DNA of 62,738 nt, filler included, from Perkinsus olseni (GCA_013115125.1; 3 parts of 3 records of this genome joined end to end with filler, not necessarily neighbours in it); one strand, 5' to 3'. Numbered from the whole stretch's first letter, positions 1 through 11,927 are shown. Notes: generated by a model not told the origin, from the sequence alone. Translations and numbers: made by a program.

Positions 1-270
1 GAGGTCAATATGATTGTGGATATAGGCTTCAGCAGAGCAGCGGTGCTCCAAGAATCACTCTGACGCTGATGGATCAATGTGCTCAACTCGTCAAGGAATC
101 CAGCGGCTATTTCAACGACGCTTCCCTCACTGGTTCCTATATAGAGAATGGATACCAGTACCTCTATCATAGAGGTAGTTCTCGTCATCAGATAAGTGAC
201 ACGGATTTGGCATCATGATAGGCGAAACGGCCAGCCTACAACAGTCGGACGTCAGAATCCATCACTACAG

Positions 271-442
271 CGGAATTAAATCTACTACCAGCGAAATTGA
301 TTTCCGCATTTCGTCGAAATTGGACTTACTTCGGTTGCGCCGACGAAATTGATTGTACTATCGCGCGCGCTGGCGAGATTGATCTTACTAAGGCATATCT
401 TGGCGCGGGTAATCGCTCGCCCTGCGAAATTGATCTTACTAA
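271..442 (+). repeat. Degenerate interspersed ~17-bp repeat array (consensus CGAAATTGATCTTACTA), possibly transposon subterminal repeats
   Basis: Copies start at about 271, 292, 315, 344, 374 and 425 with irregular 21-51 bp spacing; the last two share ATTGATCTTACTAA. Confidence 0.65.
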
Positions 443-1916
443 TCGCTAAATAGGCCTTGAAAAGGTGTATATCCCCATTGTCGGGCGACCCTCTTGCTTA
501 TCTCATGTTCCGTCCACGATGCAATACATGTCCCGAGATTATCCTCGTCCTTTGTTGCGAGTCGCAACTTACGACTAGTCCAGAGCGATTCTATGTCTTT
601 TATGTGTTAAGTTGAAAAGTAAAGACTCGTGTCAAAATGGGCAGAGGCTACTGTCCAGAACTCAATGCAGGTCATTGCGATATACAGCGGGCAGTTGAAG
701 CGAACTTCGTGAAGTTGCTCAACTGCAAGCCCCTTCGATCAAAACCTCGTCGATCGGGCGGCCCTATCAACGTCCGTTGCATGACACGGCTAGTTACATT
801 CACCTTGAAATTTGTTCTAGAACGTAAAGTGAGCGTGGATATGTCGGTTGTTGGAGATAATTTGTTTCAGGCTGAATTTTAGTCACTGAAAGCAAACTAG
901 AATGTAGTGTTGCCTTCAGTTACTGAAGTTCAGTGCGAGGATTACCCTCGATGATACAATGACTAAATCACATGGTTATCATAAACTCGTGATGCATGAT
1001 GTGATCACTCTCACTTCCGGTAGGAGGTAACGGGGGATGGAAGAGTTCATTGAATCGGATTTACCGTTCTGCGGGGAGATCACTGATCTCATATCAGTGA
1101 GCTGTGAGGGAGCTGATTGCCCCGCTACGGAACACTCTGCCTACTGTGAGACACGGGAGTTCTTTCCCGGAGTGATTACTAATCACCGATTAGTCATCCA
1201 GATTGTCTGCGCAGCGCTTCACTTCAACATCCTAACGCTACTCCGAGTGGACCTCTCCATTGATGTGCACCGAGGAATTGTACCGGGGTCAACCCGGCGG
1301 GGTGTTCGCTTGACTGACGGACGCTCTAGAAATGACGCTGATCGCATCGCTTCGCATCGGAATTCCTCACTCAGCATCGCTGAGTGACTCAACGCCGTAC
1401 GCCTGCGGCAGTGAGCCTGAGTCTTACTCTCGCAGGCGTACTTTCCAAGAGCGTGCCGACTGACTATGGAGCATCAAAAAGTTACGTAGAATTAATTGGT
1501 CTAGAATAGATCATCTCAATTCCCGCATGATGTGGGCCGCATGGTTCCGCTCGATTTCGATGAGGAACGGCCCCATAGGCTACTTAAGATTGCCTTATAG
1601 TTAAGATAGGCCTCATTGGCCTTATAGTTAGGAATTCCTCACGCTCCTTGAAAATGAAGAGTTATAAGGGGTTGCCCCTTAAGGAACGGCAAGAAGTCCT
1701 CTGTCTAAGGTAAGCCTTAAGGAGCAACTCGTGAAGTTATACGACCAATATCTAGTCAAGAAGTTTTCTCGTCTGAACTCCGAGTCGGAGTCTCCGGCGA
1801 GTTCACAGTTTCTGGCGGCACTATCGGATCCCCTTCTCGCACAATCTGTGCGGTACAAGTTACTGGGAAGTCTTCCCAGTATTCTCAGATTAAGCATAAC
1901 GCAATCCGAGTCGCCC

Positions 1917-1938
1917 CTCAGAGGCTCTGAGTCAGAGC
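1917..1938. repeat. 22-bp double fold-back scar (8-mer CTCAGAGC)
   Basis: CTCAGAG + GCTCTGAG + TCAGAGC = N1-7 + revcomp(N1-8) + N2-8, exact. Confidence 0.8.
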
Positions 1939-2238
1939 CCTTTGAAAATCGCTGTTTGATAGTGACAACGATTCTAAAGCAAGTTCAGGAAAGGCCAATG
2001 GCTAAGGATCTTTTAGTGATACCAAATTACTGTTCCTAGTACTACTACTGCTAACTTAGAAGGCAGCAGAAGCCTGAGCGCATTTCAGGGATCCGATAGG
2101 AGTTCCCCGAAGATCAGGAGACCGAGTCCCAGAAGTTAGATCAGAGTCCACAGAAAGGAGAAGCAGCAGTTTCAGGAGCTTTGGCCCTGCAAATCTACGG
2201 TACTGCATTTTGGCAACCTACCGTAGATGGTTGGCCAC

Positions 2239-2260
2239 CGTGGAGCCTCCACGGTGGAGG
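2239..2260. repeat. 22-bp double fold-back scar (8-mer CGTGGAGG)
   Basis: CGTGGAG + CCTCCACG + GTGGAGG, exact. Confidence 0.8.
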
Positions 2261-3031
2261 CGGGTTGAGCCTACTAGGCTTCTCGGAAGCGCCTTTTCCG
2301 GTTCCAGATTGATCTGGAGATTCGCGGTGTTCACTCATGCATGATGGGCGATGCAACAGCGAAAATTCTCACTGAGAAGCCTGAGGAATTATGTCGAAAA
2401 GGCTCAACCTTCCAGCCTCAATTTGAGGCCCTGAAAGGATTAAGGTAGAGCTCGAAGGGATCGAGGATCTAAGGAGAGCGTGCGAGCTTAACAGAAGTCT
2501 TCTGAAGAGACTCACTGTTACCAACGGACTAGTCGATGCGACGCCTATCGCCACCCGCTTGTCATTGGCCGGCTATCAACGTACCGCATGTTATGTGTGA
2601 GGTTTCTGAGCCTTCGAAAATTTCAGACCGAGCTGAGAACAGGGCAATTCAAGAAGAAGTCTCTGCGCCCGAAAAACGGTGAGTTGCTTGGGTCCGCAGC
2701 TGAGGATTGACTCAGCTCAGTAGACCTATGCCGGTGTTGTATTCGTAGGGTGCAGGAGGAGATGACCGCTGAATATCGCGCTCCGATTCGAAGACTTCGA
2801 ACCAGGGCTCACCAAATGCGAAATTTCTCAGGGAGGTCGGGTTCACGGAGCGATTCCCTAGGAAAGTCCCGGGGTACATTCCACAGTTCCCGTGGGATTC
2901 CCCGGGAATTATTCCCGTAGCACGGGAATTCTGCTCTACTGGGTGAAAGACTCTAACAACTCTCCCACGTGGAGAAGATGGGAGATAATGGAGATTCCCA
3001 GATGGGAAGAACGTACTTCCGATCTCGACCG

Positions 3032-3053
3032 CAGATGAGTCATCTGAGATGAC
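3032..3053. repeat. 22-bp double fold-back scar (8-mer CAGATGAC)
   Basis: CAGATGA + GTCATCTG + AGATGAC, exact. Confidence 0.8.
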
Positions 3054-4690
3054 TTGTGACTAGTAGCTCTCGGTTATATTTATTCGGCCTCGCAGTGAGG
3101 AAAAAAGACTTTCCCCGAGTGAAGGACCACTGCTTGAGCAGGATGTGCTATCATGAACAGTTCATGATGAACTCCTGTGTGCGGCAAACCTTCGCCTTTG
3201 TAGCTCAGGCCGAGCCCCCATACAGACAGACTCTGTCTGACGGTGCGAGATGTAGAGAGGGTAGAGATCGTCATCGTTGGAGATGATCTCCATGATGGAG
3301 ATGGAGACTCCAATGGAGTCTCCATCTCTACCATCTCTCCATCCCTACGTCTCGCTCCGTCATGGAAGTGAGTATGAACGTAATCGAGTAAGTTATACCT
3401 GTGATGCTGGACGGTCCGTGGAATACCCATGGCAGTAGTATTCTGCATGTTACTGAACTCAACGACGGCTCGACATAGTTCTCTTCAACGAAAAGAGTAC
3501 CCAGCCGCAGAAATGCAGGCTGTGCTCGAACTACGTCCTGACCGTCTCCTAACATCCTGGAGCTTCGTGCGCTGTTCCGTGCCTCCCCGTTGCTTGCAGC
3601 AAACCCTTTGTGGTGACTCACCACTGGTGAGCTGTAAGATTGACGTCTGGTCCAGACGAAGTACTCGAAGTATTCCAGGAGTACTTCGACATAGAGGCAG
3701 AAATTCTCCACGGTGATGGCTTCGCGGAACCCCGCAGTCACTCTTGATCCTCGACTAGTCTGTAGACTACACTGTAGCCACGACAGTAGTCTACAGACCG
3801 TGGTACAGACTCCACCGCCTCGGACTGCATCAAAGATTTGAGATCACGACTTGCCGACGAACTGTGACTGCTCGTACCGTAACAAACTGCTCATTTTCTT
3901 AAGCATCAATTTGCGGTTGTGTTTTACGGACATTCTAGGATTACGAACCTCGTCAATAGACGCAGTCGGCGTAAGTTTCCGCGACACCCGGAGGTCGATG
4001 GACCCATCAAGCGAGCTGATGATACTATCATCAGCTCCATGTCACCAATACACTGAGGTTTATTTTCCGAGACTTTCAGGCCGCCGCGCGTTAGTGGGTC
4101 TTCGGAGATGTGTACATTTCGAAAGCGTGAGGTTCACGCTCAGCGTGTACGCACGTTTCACGCGTCGAGCGCTACGGAATTTGATGGAAATGACATTCAG
4201 AAGATAATTCTTCGTGATGAGACGCATCTGTCCGCGCAGTTCCGCTCCACAACCTTCGTCCATCAACGACAAGCGGAATGCAAAATCTAACACAGTCCCA
4301 GCGCGAATAAAGGATCGTAGCACGGGAGTGGGAGCCGAGGCTCTTGAAGTTCCTGAAGTAAAAAACCGAGCCACTCGCCTGAGCTTCTAAGACGGCCGAG
4401 TTCTAGGCTGCTGATGATGACTGCAGAAAGGTGCACGTGAAGAGAGAACCGAAAAATGTGGCCCGAAATGCTGTAAAAGGCTGGATGAAGGACGAAGTGA
4501 CTCACTAGTGAGTTAAGCTGAAGAAAAGAACTGTTCAGACGGCAGAGTCCGTAGAGAAAACCGGACTTCTTCGAATCCTCCAACGCAACAAGGAATTCCG
4601 GGAGGCCAGCAGACACCGCCACACAACGTTAAGGGGCCGAGATCCGTTGAGATAAATTCTCTCAGCGGGTCTGGATCCAAAATCGGGAAG

Positions 4691-4720
4691 AAAATGCATG
4701 CCGTGGGATTCGAACCCGCG
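4691..4720 (-). pseudogene. tRNA 3' fragment (T-arm, acceptor 3' strand, T4 run)
   Basis: Minus strand reads CGCGGGTTCGAATCCCACGGCATGCA-TTTT; no matching 5' acceptor strand or D-arm upstream. Confidence 0.45.
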
Positions 4721-4879
4721 AGCACGCATGATGCGCGCGCCGTGACATTCGTTATCGTCTCGATCCTCTCTCGCGATAATGAATAGCGATTCTGAGGTCA
4801 CTTCAGACGTCTAGAAATTGTTCCAGAATTAATCCTCGTGATATCTGAAACCGCAAGTGTCGTTTGCCTTAGACTTAGT

Positions 4880-7579
4880 ATGTTGCCCTTGGATGTCGAG
4901 GCCGGACCCGAAGATGACTCTCCGTCCCTATTACCATCATACGGCGACAACCACGAGCGGCGGCATGTAGGGCTTATCAACTGGCGGGCTGCAGCAGAGC
5001 GCTACGCGTCGGTAGCGAGCAAATTCGTAGTACTAGTAGGTAGTGTTGTGGTTGTCCTAACCATCGCCATAATAGTGAATTCGCCATTGAGTCTGAGCCG
5101 GGAGGTCAGCTGTACTCGGTCACATGAGATGAGAGGCGACCGATATGCTTGGGTGCCGCTAAGTCTCGCTGATGAGCATTTTGTACTTCGGAACTCTGGT
5201 GCCCGGGAATATCAGTACGAGTTGAAGCAATTTGTCCAAGTCCATGCACGCACCGCCAATGATGAGCATAGCGGCTCAAATCGTACACTGGAAGGCTTGC
5301 TAAGCGAAATTGATGGTACTGTTAATGTTGTACTATTGCTCCACGGTAATCGTGGCACTTATGGTAACTTCGACGAGTTCGCAGCGACTATGTATCGAGA
5401 CTGGTACCCTAAAGGGGTGCTCAATCGCACCGTACTTCTGGCTTTGGATTTTTATGAAGAGCCCAACGCGTTCCATCCTTCCGTTGTGGAGGCGCAGGCT
5501 GAGTTAACTAGGGGCCTTATGGCCGGTGTATGTACCAAAGGCGTCAGGTGTGCATTGGTCGGCCACAGCATGGGAGGGGTCGTGGCGGCCATCGCTGTAT
5601 CGAAGTCCACGGTAGATATTGTCGAGAATGTAGCTTCTTTAGTAACTGTATCAACTCCCTTGAAGACCCACCCTGCCATGCTCGACGTGGGTTGGCACCG
5701 AGTGTACAGTAAAGTCAGCCGAGGTATTCGGGCTGTGCCTGTGGTCAGTGTGACGGGCGGGGCCGCGGACTGGCAGGTCCCTATGGAGGACACCAGAGTG
5801 GCTGGTGCTAATGGATTCCAGTGGGCGCTGATGCCGGCCAGTGATGGGGTCTTCGCCCAAGGAGACCATATAGCTGTTATGTATTCTTACGAAGTCCTCA
5901 CCTACCAAGTGGTGCCTGCCGTAGCCCGGGCACTCGGGTGGCGCTCCGATACAATCATCGGGGCTGATGATGACTTGAAGGAATGGATGCTCAGCATGGA
6001 TCGGCCCGCCAGGAAGTTACCATTGGATCAGATGCTTGACGTACGCGGCGAGATGGTAGTAGAGGTGGAGTCGTCGGGGTCGGGCGGTGTACGGCAGCTG
6101 TGGGATAAAAATCTCCTTATCGATGCTCGAACGAAGGGCGGAGCGGTTCTGGTTCTGCGACGAGAGCGGCCGAACGCCAGGTGCCCTCACGTGAAAGTGG
6201 TGGACTGGGACGTTGGAAGTCATCCGAGGGCCGAAGCCCCCGAACTATGCCAAGGCTGTTCGAGGCTGCTTGTCAACGAGAGCCTCGTTTTTCCAGTGGG
6301 CGCCAAGGATCTCCGGCTCGCCAGAGTCAACAATGGCGGCGCTACGTGGTGCATTTCGCAGCCCATCGGCCCCGACGTCAAGGCGATTCTGGTACCTCCC
6401 GGCCAGGGCTTCGTCATTGGGCTGACCAGTGCTGGTGTGATGGAGTTGAAGTCACGAAGCGGTTATGAGCAGTACGAGATGGGCGTCCGAGTGGACGGGG
6501 ATGTCCCTCATTTCGCCTGCCTGGCTGGTGGCCACAGCATTCTGGCTGCTGCCTCTTCGAGCAACGGCAGGTCTGTGATGGCCCCGTCGCGGCCACTGGG
6601 TGGACGTCGAGAGGAGCCTTCGCGTTCCGACACGCTGGTGGTCATTTCCCCTGTTAAAGATATCGGCCGCGTCTCGGTCGACTATACCACTGCTCGTGTG
6701 CCGACGTTGATGAGGATGCTCCTGTCTGACTGGCCCTACATTATGGGCTCTCTGCAGTTTCTACTGGCCCTGCAGATCATGAGCATACTCATAGGGTCCC
6801 CTTCCTCCATCCCTGCTCCGCAAGGGTTCATAATATCACCATTACCAATACTATGCTATACTCTACTATCTACCTTCATGGTACCGTTGTTATCGTCAAC
6901 TGGGAGCACTCTCTCCCTCATGCTCATGTCCATATTAGCTTTGACCCTGCACAGCGGAGCCTACGCCCTTCTCAACGCCAGTAAGGGTCCCCGAGGGCGC
7001 GCCAGCTTCGACAGGCTCTCCCTTGGGTCATTTTCCTCGACTTCCAAACGAGCTGTAATGAAACTAGCCTTGTTCGTCGCTCTTTATGTGATGTTGCTTC
7101 TGGTGTGCCCGAGTATTTTCGGTCATCTCGCGGCTCTTATGATCGGCTTCCGAGTATGGCGTCAAAGCGCCTGCGAGGAGACCCGCCTGGGGCTGCTACT
7201 CCTGTTACAGTCCTTCACTGTTCGCTCTCTGCAATTGTTATACACAGTGATGGCTATCTTATCGAGGTTCGTTGCTGATAGACCACATGCTATGGTAGGG
7301 GTCAATCCGCTGCTACCGGGCGTGGCGGACTGGTGGGCCGTTCTCGATGGCGCTGCCACGGCCCTGCTGCCGCTAGCGTTAGCCCTGTCTATGTCGGCTA
7401 TGGTCAACAATAATGTAGCGAAGGACGCTGTGCTCCGGCTGTCTAGCAACCTGAATCGACCCCAAGCAGGTCGGGCCTCTATTGGCCTGATGGTCTTATC
7501 GATGGTCATCTCGTTGGTGGTAGGGTCTGGTTTCTGGGCTCTACCATTGTACTATCTGACGCTAGCCTCGCAATGGTAG
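4880..7579 (+). CDS. PGAP1: GPI inositol-deacylase (PGAP1/Bst1-like), intronless
   Basis: N-terminal TM, LLHGNRG, ALDFYEE, lipase nucleophile motif VGHSMGG, TVSTP, GGAADWQVP, DH motif, then several C-terminal TM helices. First ATG is at 4880 (the ORF track starts at GTG 4838). Confidence 0.85.
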   Translation: MLPLDVEAGPEDDSPSLLPSYGDNHERRHVGLINWRAAAERYASVASKFVVLVGSVVVVLTIAIIVNSPLSLSREVSCTRSHEMRGDRYAWVPLSLADEHFVLRNSGAREYQYELKQFVQVHARTANDEHSGSNRTLEGLLSEIDGTVNVVLLLHGNRGTYGNFDEFAATMYRDWYPKGVLNRTVLLALDFYEEPNAFHPSVVEAQAELTRGLMAGVCTKGVRCALVGHSMGGVVAAIAVSKSTVDIVENVASLVTVSTPLKTHPAMLDVGWHRVYSKVSRGIRAVPVVSVTGGAADWQVPMEDTRVAGANGFQWALMPASDGVFAQGDHIAVMYSYEVLTYQVVPAVARALGWRSDTIIGADDDLKEWMLSMDRPARKLPLDQMLDVRGEMVVEVESSGSGGVRQLWDKNLLIDARTKGGAVLVLRRERPNARCPHVKVVDWDVGSHPRAEAPELCQGCSRLLVNESLVFPVGAKDLRLARVNNGGATWCISQPIGPDVKAILVPPGQGFVIGLTSAGVMELKSRSGYEQYEMGVRVDGDVPHFACLAGGHSILAAASSSNGRSVMAPSRPLGGRREEPSRSDTLVVISPVKDIGRVSVDYTTARVPTLMRMLLSDWPYIMGSLQFLLALQIMSILIGSPSSIPAPQGFIISPLPILCYTLLSTFMVPLLSSTGSTLSLMLMSILALTLHSGAYALLNASKGPRGRASFDRLSLGSFSSTSKRAVMKLALFVALYVMLLLVCPSIFGHLAALMIGFRVWRQSACEETRLGLLLLLQSFTVRSLQLLYTVMAILSRFVADRPHAMVGVNPLLPGVADWWAVLDGAATALLPLALALSMSAMVNNNVAKDAVLRLSSNLNRPQAGRASIGLMVLSMVISLVVGSGFWALPLYYLTLASQW

Positions 7580-9284
7580 TAAGGGTGGATGCAGCAGCGC
7601 TTAGTTGATGGTTTCCTTCTTTCAGTATGTTGCTGGCCTTCTTTATACTGTTGGCGCTTCGTCTGTCTAAGCCGCCCTCAAGCTCGGATATCTTCCAAAC
7701 CACCGTCACCATCGGAAGTATCATTAACGCAGATGGACGACAGTCAAGGCGTCGCGTACCCTTCTCGAAGGATGGCAGCGGGACTCGGGATGCTGGAAAT
7801 GATAGCCGAACGCAGCGGAGCGGAGGCACAGCTGAGGACTGGCAACCTCTCATGCAGTACTAGGGGGGCGATGTCGTCTGTCGCACGGATAGCCGCGTCT
7901 GGTGGTATGAATATTCGACGTGTGGACCTTGAGGTAGATCGCTGAGAATCTCCTGCCCCCCGCAGAATACCCGCAGAATTGTGGCTGCTAACTGAATGCC
8001 AATGCCAGCGAACGGGCGCATGCGCGCCCCTCTACAGTGTTGTCGATTTCGATGGTCCAAAAGTGGGAAAGCGCATGACTTATGCCGTACGCATGATTTC
8101 CGCATCACGCAGTGAGGCTGAGTAGAGGTCTAATCGACGCAGATGATTTCTTGCACAATAACGATCGCCTCCTCACTTCTGTGGTCCTCACTGCCCTGTA
8201 GTTCTATGGGAGTGACGAGTATGTTTTGTCTCAGAGTTAGTCTGAGTCCGAGGTCCTCAGCGTCCACAGCTAGCTCTACCACTGGCTCTGATATTAGTGC
8301 CGGTGGTAGTAGTGGCAGCGGCGAGGACGACTACCCTCCTGCCAAGACGCGTCGCCGTCACCGACCCGCGTCGCGGGGAGACCGACTCTCACCGGCGAGG
8401 CCGAGGTGCGGGCGGGAAGGCAGCAGCAGCCGTCGGAGGTGGGCGCGGCAGGCCTCTCCTCAACGCGGGCAAGTCTAGACGGGCTCGGTCGGATTGCTAT
8501 CATCGTCCTCGTCTTTGTCGTTCTTGCATTTCCTTCTGTAAATTACTATTAATATTATTGCAACCCCGTCAGCGAAGCTGTAGGGGTGTAAGATGACTTG
8601 AAAGTAGCCAACTTGAAGTACTATTATTACAACTACTAATACCTGCCCACTCACCAAGATCTGCGTTGCCAGTGCCCCAATCACGGTGCTTCTTACGGAA
8701 AGCACGGCGTGAACGCGGTGCCGTTGTGAGGATTGATAGAAGCTCGCTTTCTCAGGAAAGTCGCTGGCTGTGCTGGGGAGACTGCGCCCTAGTTTTTCAT
8801 TGCACAGCGGCCCACCTCCAGTGTCTATGTCTGGCATTGCTCGTGGCAGACGTACTTACTTGGTTCCGGCTCTGTGCCGCTCGTAGTGCTCATGCTTCTC
8901 AGTTGCTTTCCTGTTATGCTCTTGTTTGCCAGCTGCTGCAAGAATTGTGTGGAAGTCGGGAGTATGGCGCTCGAGGGCGTTAGGGTTGCCAGAAGTTACC
9001 AGCGCAGTCCACGGCAGTTGCCATTATTTTCTATCTGAGTTGGTCTTTGCTGTTCGCGTAGCACTAGCTTGCTTTCCCTCGGCTGCCCCGTCCCGCAAGA
9101 AATTTTCCGGCCGTCGACGGTCCATGAAGGCCTAGGGTAGCACAACCGCCAGGCGGATAGAAGAAAAACCAGAGTACTTTCAGTTATGCTTTGTGACTGC
9201 CGAAGTATGGGTAGAGGACATTCAAGCTAGGGAGAAAGTACTGGCACACAACTACTCAGCACACAGTCCACATCCAGGCTCCAA

Positions 9285-9590
9285 TTGCGTTCTGTGGTGG
9301 GTTCGCAGGAGTACCTTCCTCGCGGTCCGCAGTCGGCCCTTCTTTCTCTCTCTCGTCTAAGGGAGTCCACCAGCACGATCGCAAATTCGACGTCCTCGCC
9401 CACCCTCCTGCCCTCGGGTGACCCGAGCGAGCCTCGGCATGCTGAGGTGACTGGAGCCTCGGTCATCATTATGGGAGTTGCTGTCATCTTATCCGCGGGC
9501 TGCATCTATGCGGTATTACGGATGGGCCGAGCTGGGAGGCAAGAGGCTGCTCCCACAGCTGTAGTGAAAAATCTTGCGCGTGCGGTTTGA
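9285..9590 (+). CDS. Probable last exon of a small single-pass membrane protein
   Basis: S/T-rich segment, hydrophobic helix VIIMGVAVILSAGCIYAVL, then basic residues; frame open from about 9230; 5' exons unresolved. Confidence 0.35.
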   Translation: MRSVVGSQEYLPRGPQSALLSLSRLRESTSTIANSTSSPTLLPSGDPSEPRHAEVTGASVIIMGVAVILSAGCIYAVLRMGRAGRQEAAPTAVVKNLARAV

Positions 9591-9624
9591 GGGTGTATCT
9601 TTCTAGGGCACGTCAGATGGCGCG

Positions 9625-10760
9625 ATGCTGGTGGCGTCTTGTGCGTCATGTGGGAGAGAGCAGTACATGCCGCGAATAGAAACGGCGGTGGCCTTCACTT
9701 GTTTCGAGTGTCGAAGGGCCAATCCGGTCCCATGGGTAGTCAGGGTAGCTGCAGACCGTGCAGGGAAAGGGCGTGGGTTCGATTCCCACAGGTTGCACCT
9801 CATCCTGTTGAGCAGACGGGGCCTTTGATGGAATATGAATTCACTCGGGTTAACAACACGTTCTTCAGAGTGAGCGGCCAGCGAGAGCACAACGCCTCCG
9901 AAAATCCAATCATTGTAAGATCGTCCTTCTCGGCGCAGTTTCGCTAGGCCCCCCGCGTCCTCAGATCACGCCGTTGGCTCCTATCATGGTGGGTCGGCCG
10001 GCGGAGGAGGAGAATGTGGATGTACCCTCCTGCACCATCTGCATGGTAGACTATCGTGAGGGTGGGGAAAAATGGAAATTTTCAGAGGAATTCTCGGAAG
10101 TGAGAGCGTATCTTTTCTCGGAAGCTCTGTGCCTTCCTAGGACGTAGGGATCTCAAGGTTGCAATGAAGGGCTTCGTAGCAGTTGATGCTGTTGAAGGAC
10201 GCTAGAGGCTTCCGGCTGTAGGCTGCACAGATTCGGACGTAGAATGCGTGGATCTGCGTAGCGGTAATCGCCACTGCAGGAAACAGACCGCCTGCGTGGA
10301 GGAAGTGCCCCTCATTTTTCGTGGCTCATGAGTAGCGCAAGGTGTGGTATTGCATCCTGTTGTGCAGTGACGGTGATTTCACCACATTCAAGCTCAGAGT
10401 AACCGTGCTTCTACTTCAGGACGCTCCCGGCGACTCAGTCGTCCTCCCCTGCGCCCACGGCGGCTTCTGTATTACCTGTATATCGGCTATAAAGCAATCA
10501 GGTGGGCAATCTCACGCCTGAGGCTTCGGGACTCTCCTTCAGGACGTCCGTACTGTCCTCAATGCCGGAAGTTGATAGACAGGGCAGTGCGGCTGGAGGA
10601 GATCAGCGATCGAGTTGCAAAGTGAGTATGTTTGAATGCCCCTGGAGTATTCTATTTATCCCACCCGCTCAACCTTGCACTTGGAAACCAACCTGACAGA
10701 TCGCCATTATCTGGTACACAGTTTTCGTTTACAATTCTCGCGCCTACGGTTTGCCTTTAG
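9625..10760 (+). CDS. RING-HC (C3HC4) E3 ubiquitin ligase-like protein with N-terminal CxxC...CxxC, spliced
   Basis: Spliced reading CASC...CFEC ... DVPSCTICM|DAPGDSVVLPCAHGGFCITC...|RPYCPQCRKLI; GT-AG introns at about 9736-9791, 10046-10419 and 10622-10699; stop TAG at 10758-10760. Confidence 0.8.
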
Positions 10761-11927
10761 GGGCGTCGAAATACGGTTGCCACCTCGACTGTAGCCGGGC
10801 ATGACTTCCATGTATCATCATCCGTTGTTGTTACCTCGTTCCAGTGTTCTGTTGAGTCCATTAGGGCAGGGGAGGACTTGGGTGTTCTGAGCGGGCGCTT
10901 CATTGTGGGCCCTGCGGGGGTCTCTGAAAGATTCGTTCGGAAAGTAGTGGTATTAGTTAGTAACTTTTAGTGATTAGTCGACTGAACGCGTGTGCCACAA
11001 AGAAAGGGCACGCCTGAGAGGCGACCTCGCGTAGGGTCCGGCCATAATTGTACTGGGAAGGTTGAGGCTTCGCCCTCTCTCTGGCATTAAGCGAGGGACG
11101 CGCGCTGAAGAAGGTTGGAGCTCTTCGCGCCTCTCTCGTGACGTGATTTCGCCATGTTACGGTATTATAAATTATATACTCCGATTTCAATATTTTCCAA
11201 TAATAACTATTGATTGGTAATTATTTCCGGAGAATATTGATTATTCGAGACGTGTAGCTGGTCCATCCCGGACTGTCCCTGTTGTAAGGTATAGATTTTC
11301 CTCATTGCTCGTTGCTCATGACTACTGCTGCTGCAGACGGTGATCCCCACAGTAGTGCTGCGTCGAGCAGCACTAAGAGGTCGGTCAGCAGTATGGCTAC
11401 CGCTCCTGATGTCGCTCCCTTGACTAAGCTATATGACCTGCAGAAAAGGAGGCAGCGAGCTAGGTAATAATAGGGGATAGATGGGCGTTCTACATCACAC
11501 AGTGATACCTGCTGGACTGGGCATGGCCCATAGCATGGGAATATCATGTTTCTCGAGCCTTGTCTCACGTGCTCGTCAGCTAGTCGCGGATGGATCGTTA
11601 CCACTTACTGTGTCTGACCATCTACTACCCTCTGTACGAGCGTACATCCGCCTAGGGGACGTGCGCGCCTCGAGTAACGGTATATTCTTGCCACTGCGCT
11701 TCATACATAGCATCCTTCCGAGTGTGCTTTCCTACACCATCACGATCCTCAGAATCTTCTTTGACCTTCCGTACCACTTTTCTACCTACTTCGCTCGTGT
11801 TACCTGTTTGCAGATTCATCCGGGAACGCTTCGAATTTACCTCGGGTAGAATGTCTTTGACTGGGAAGTTCGTGATTTCTTATTTGTTGTGAAATTGTGT
11901 CCTCGGCTTGTCAGAGAAAGTCGTCGC

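Noticed and set aside
271-442. CRISPR array
   Set aside because: Repeats are short and degenerate, spacing is irregular, there are no cas genes, and the context is eukaryotic.
637-4801. Short ORFs of 60-140 aa in the first 4.8 kb
   Set aside because: No recognisable domains, and several run through palindromic scars; treated as decayed or non-coding.
7589-9135. Small ORFs between PGAP1 and the RING gene
   Set aside because: Several mutually overlapping frames with no motif; no gene model could be supported.
9736-9799. Functional tRNA gene (also 4691-4790)
   Set aside because: Only T-arm and 3' acceptor strands are present; no D-arm or anticodon arm can be folded.
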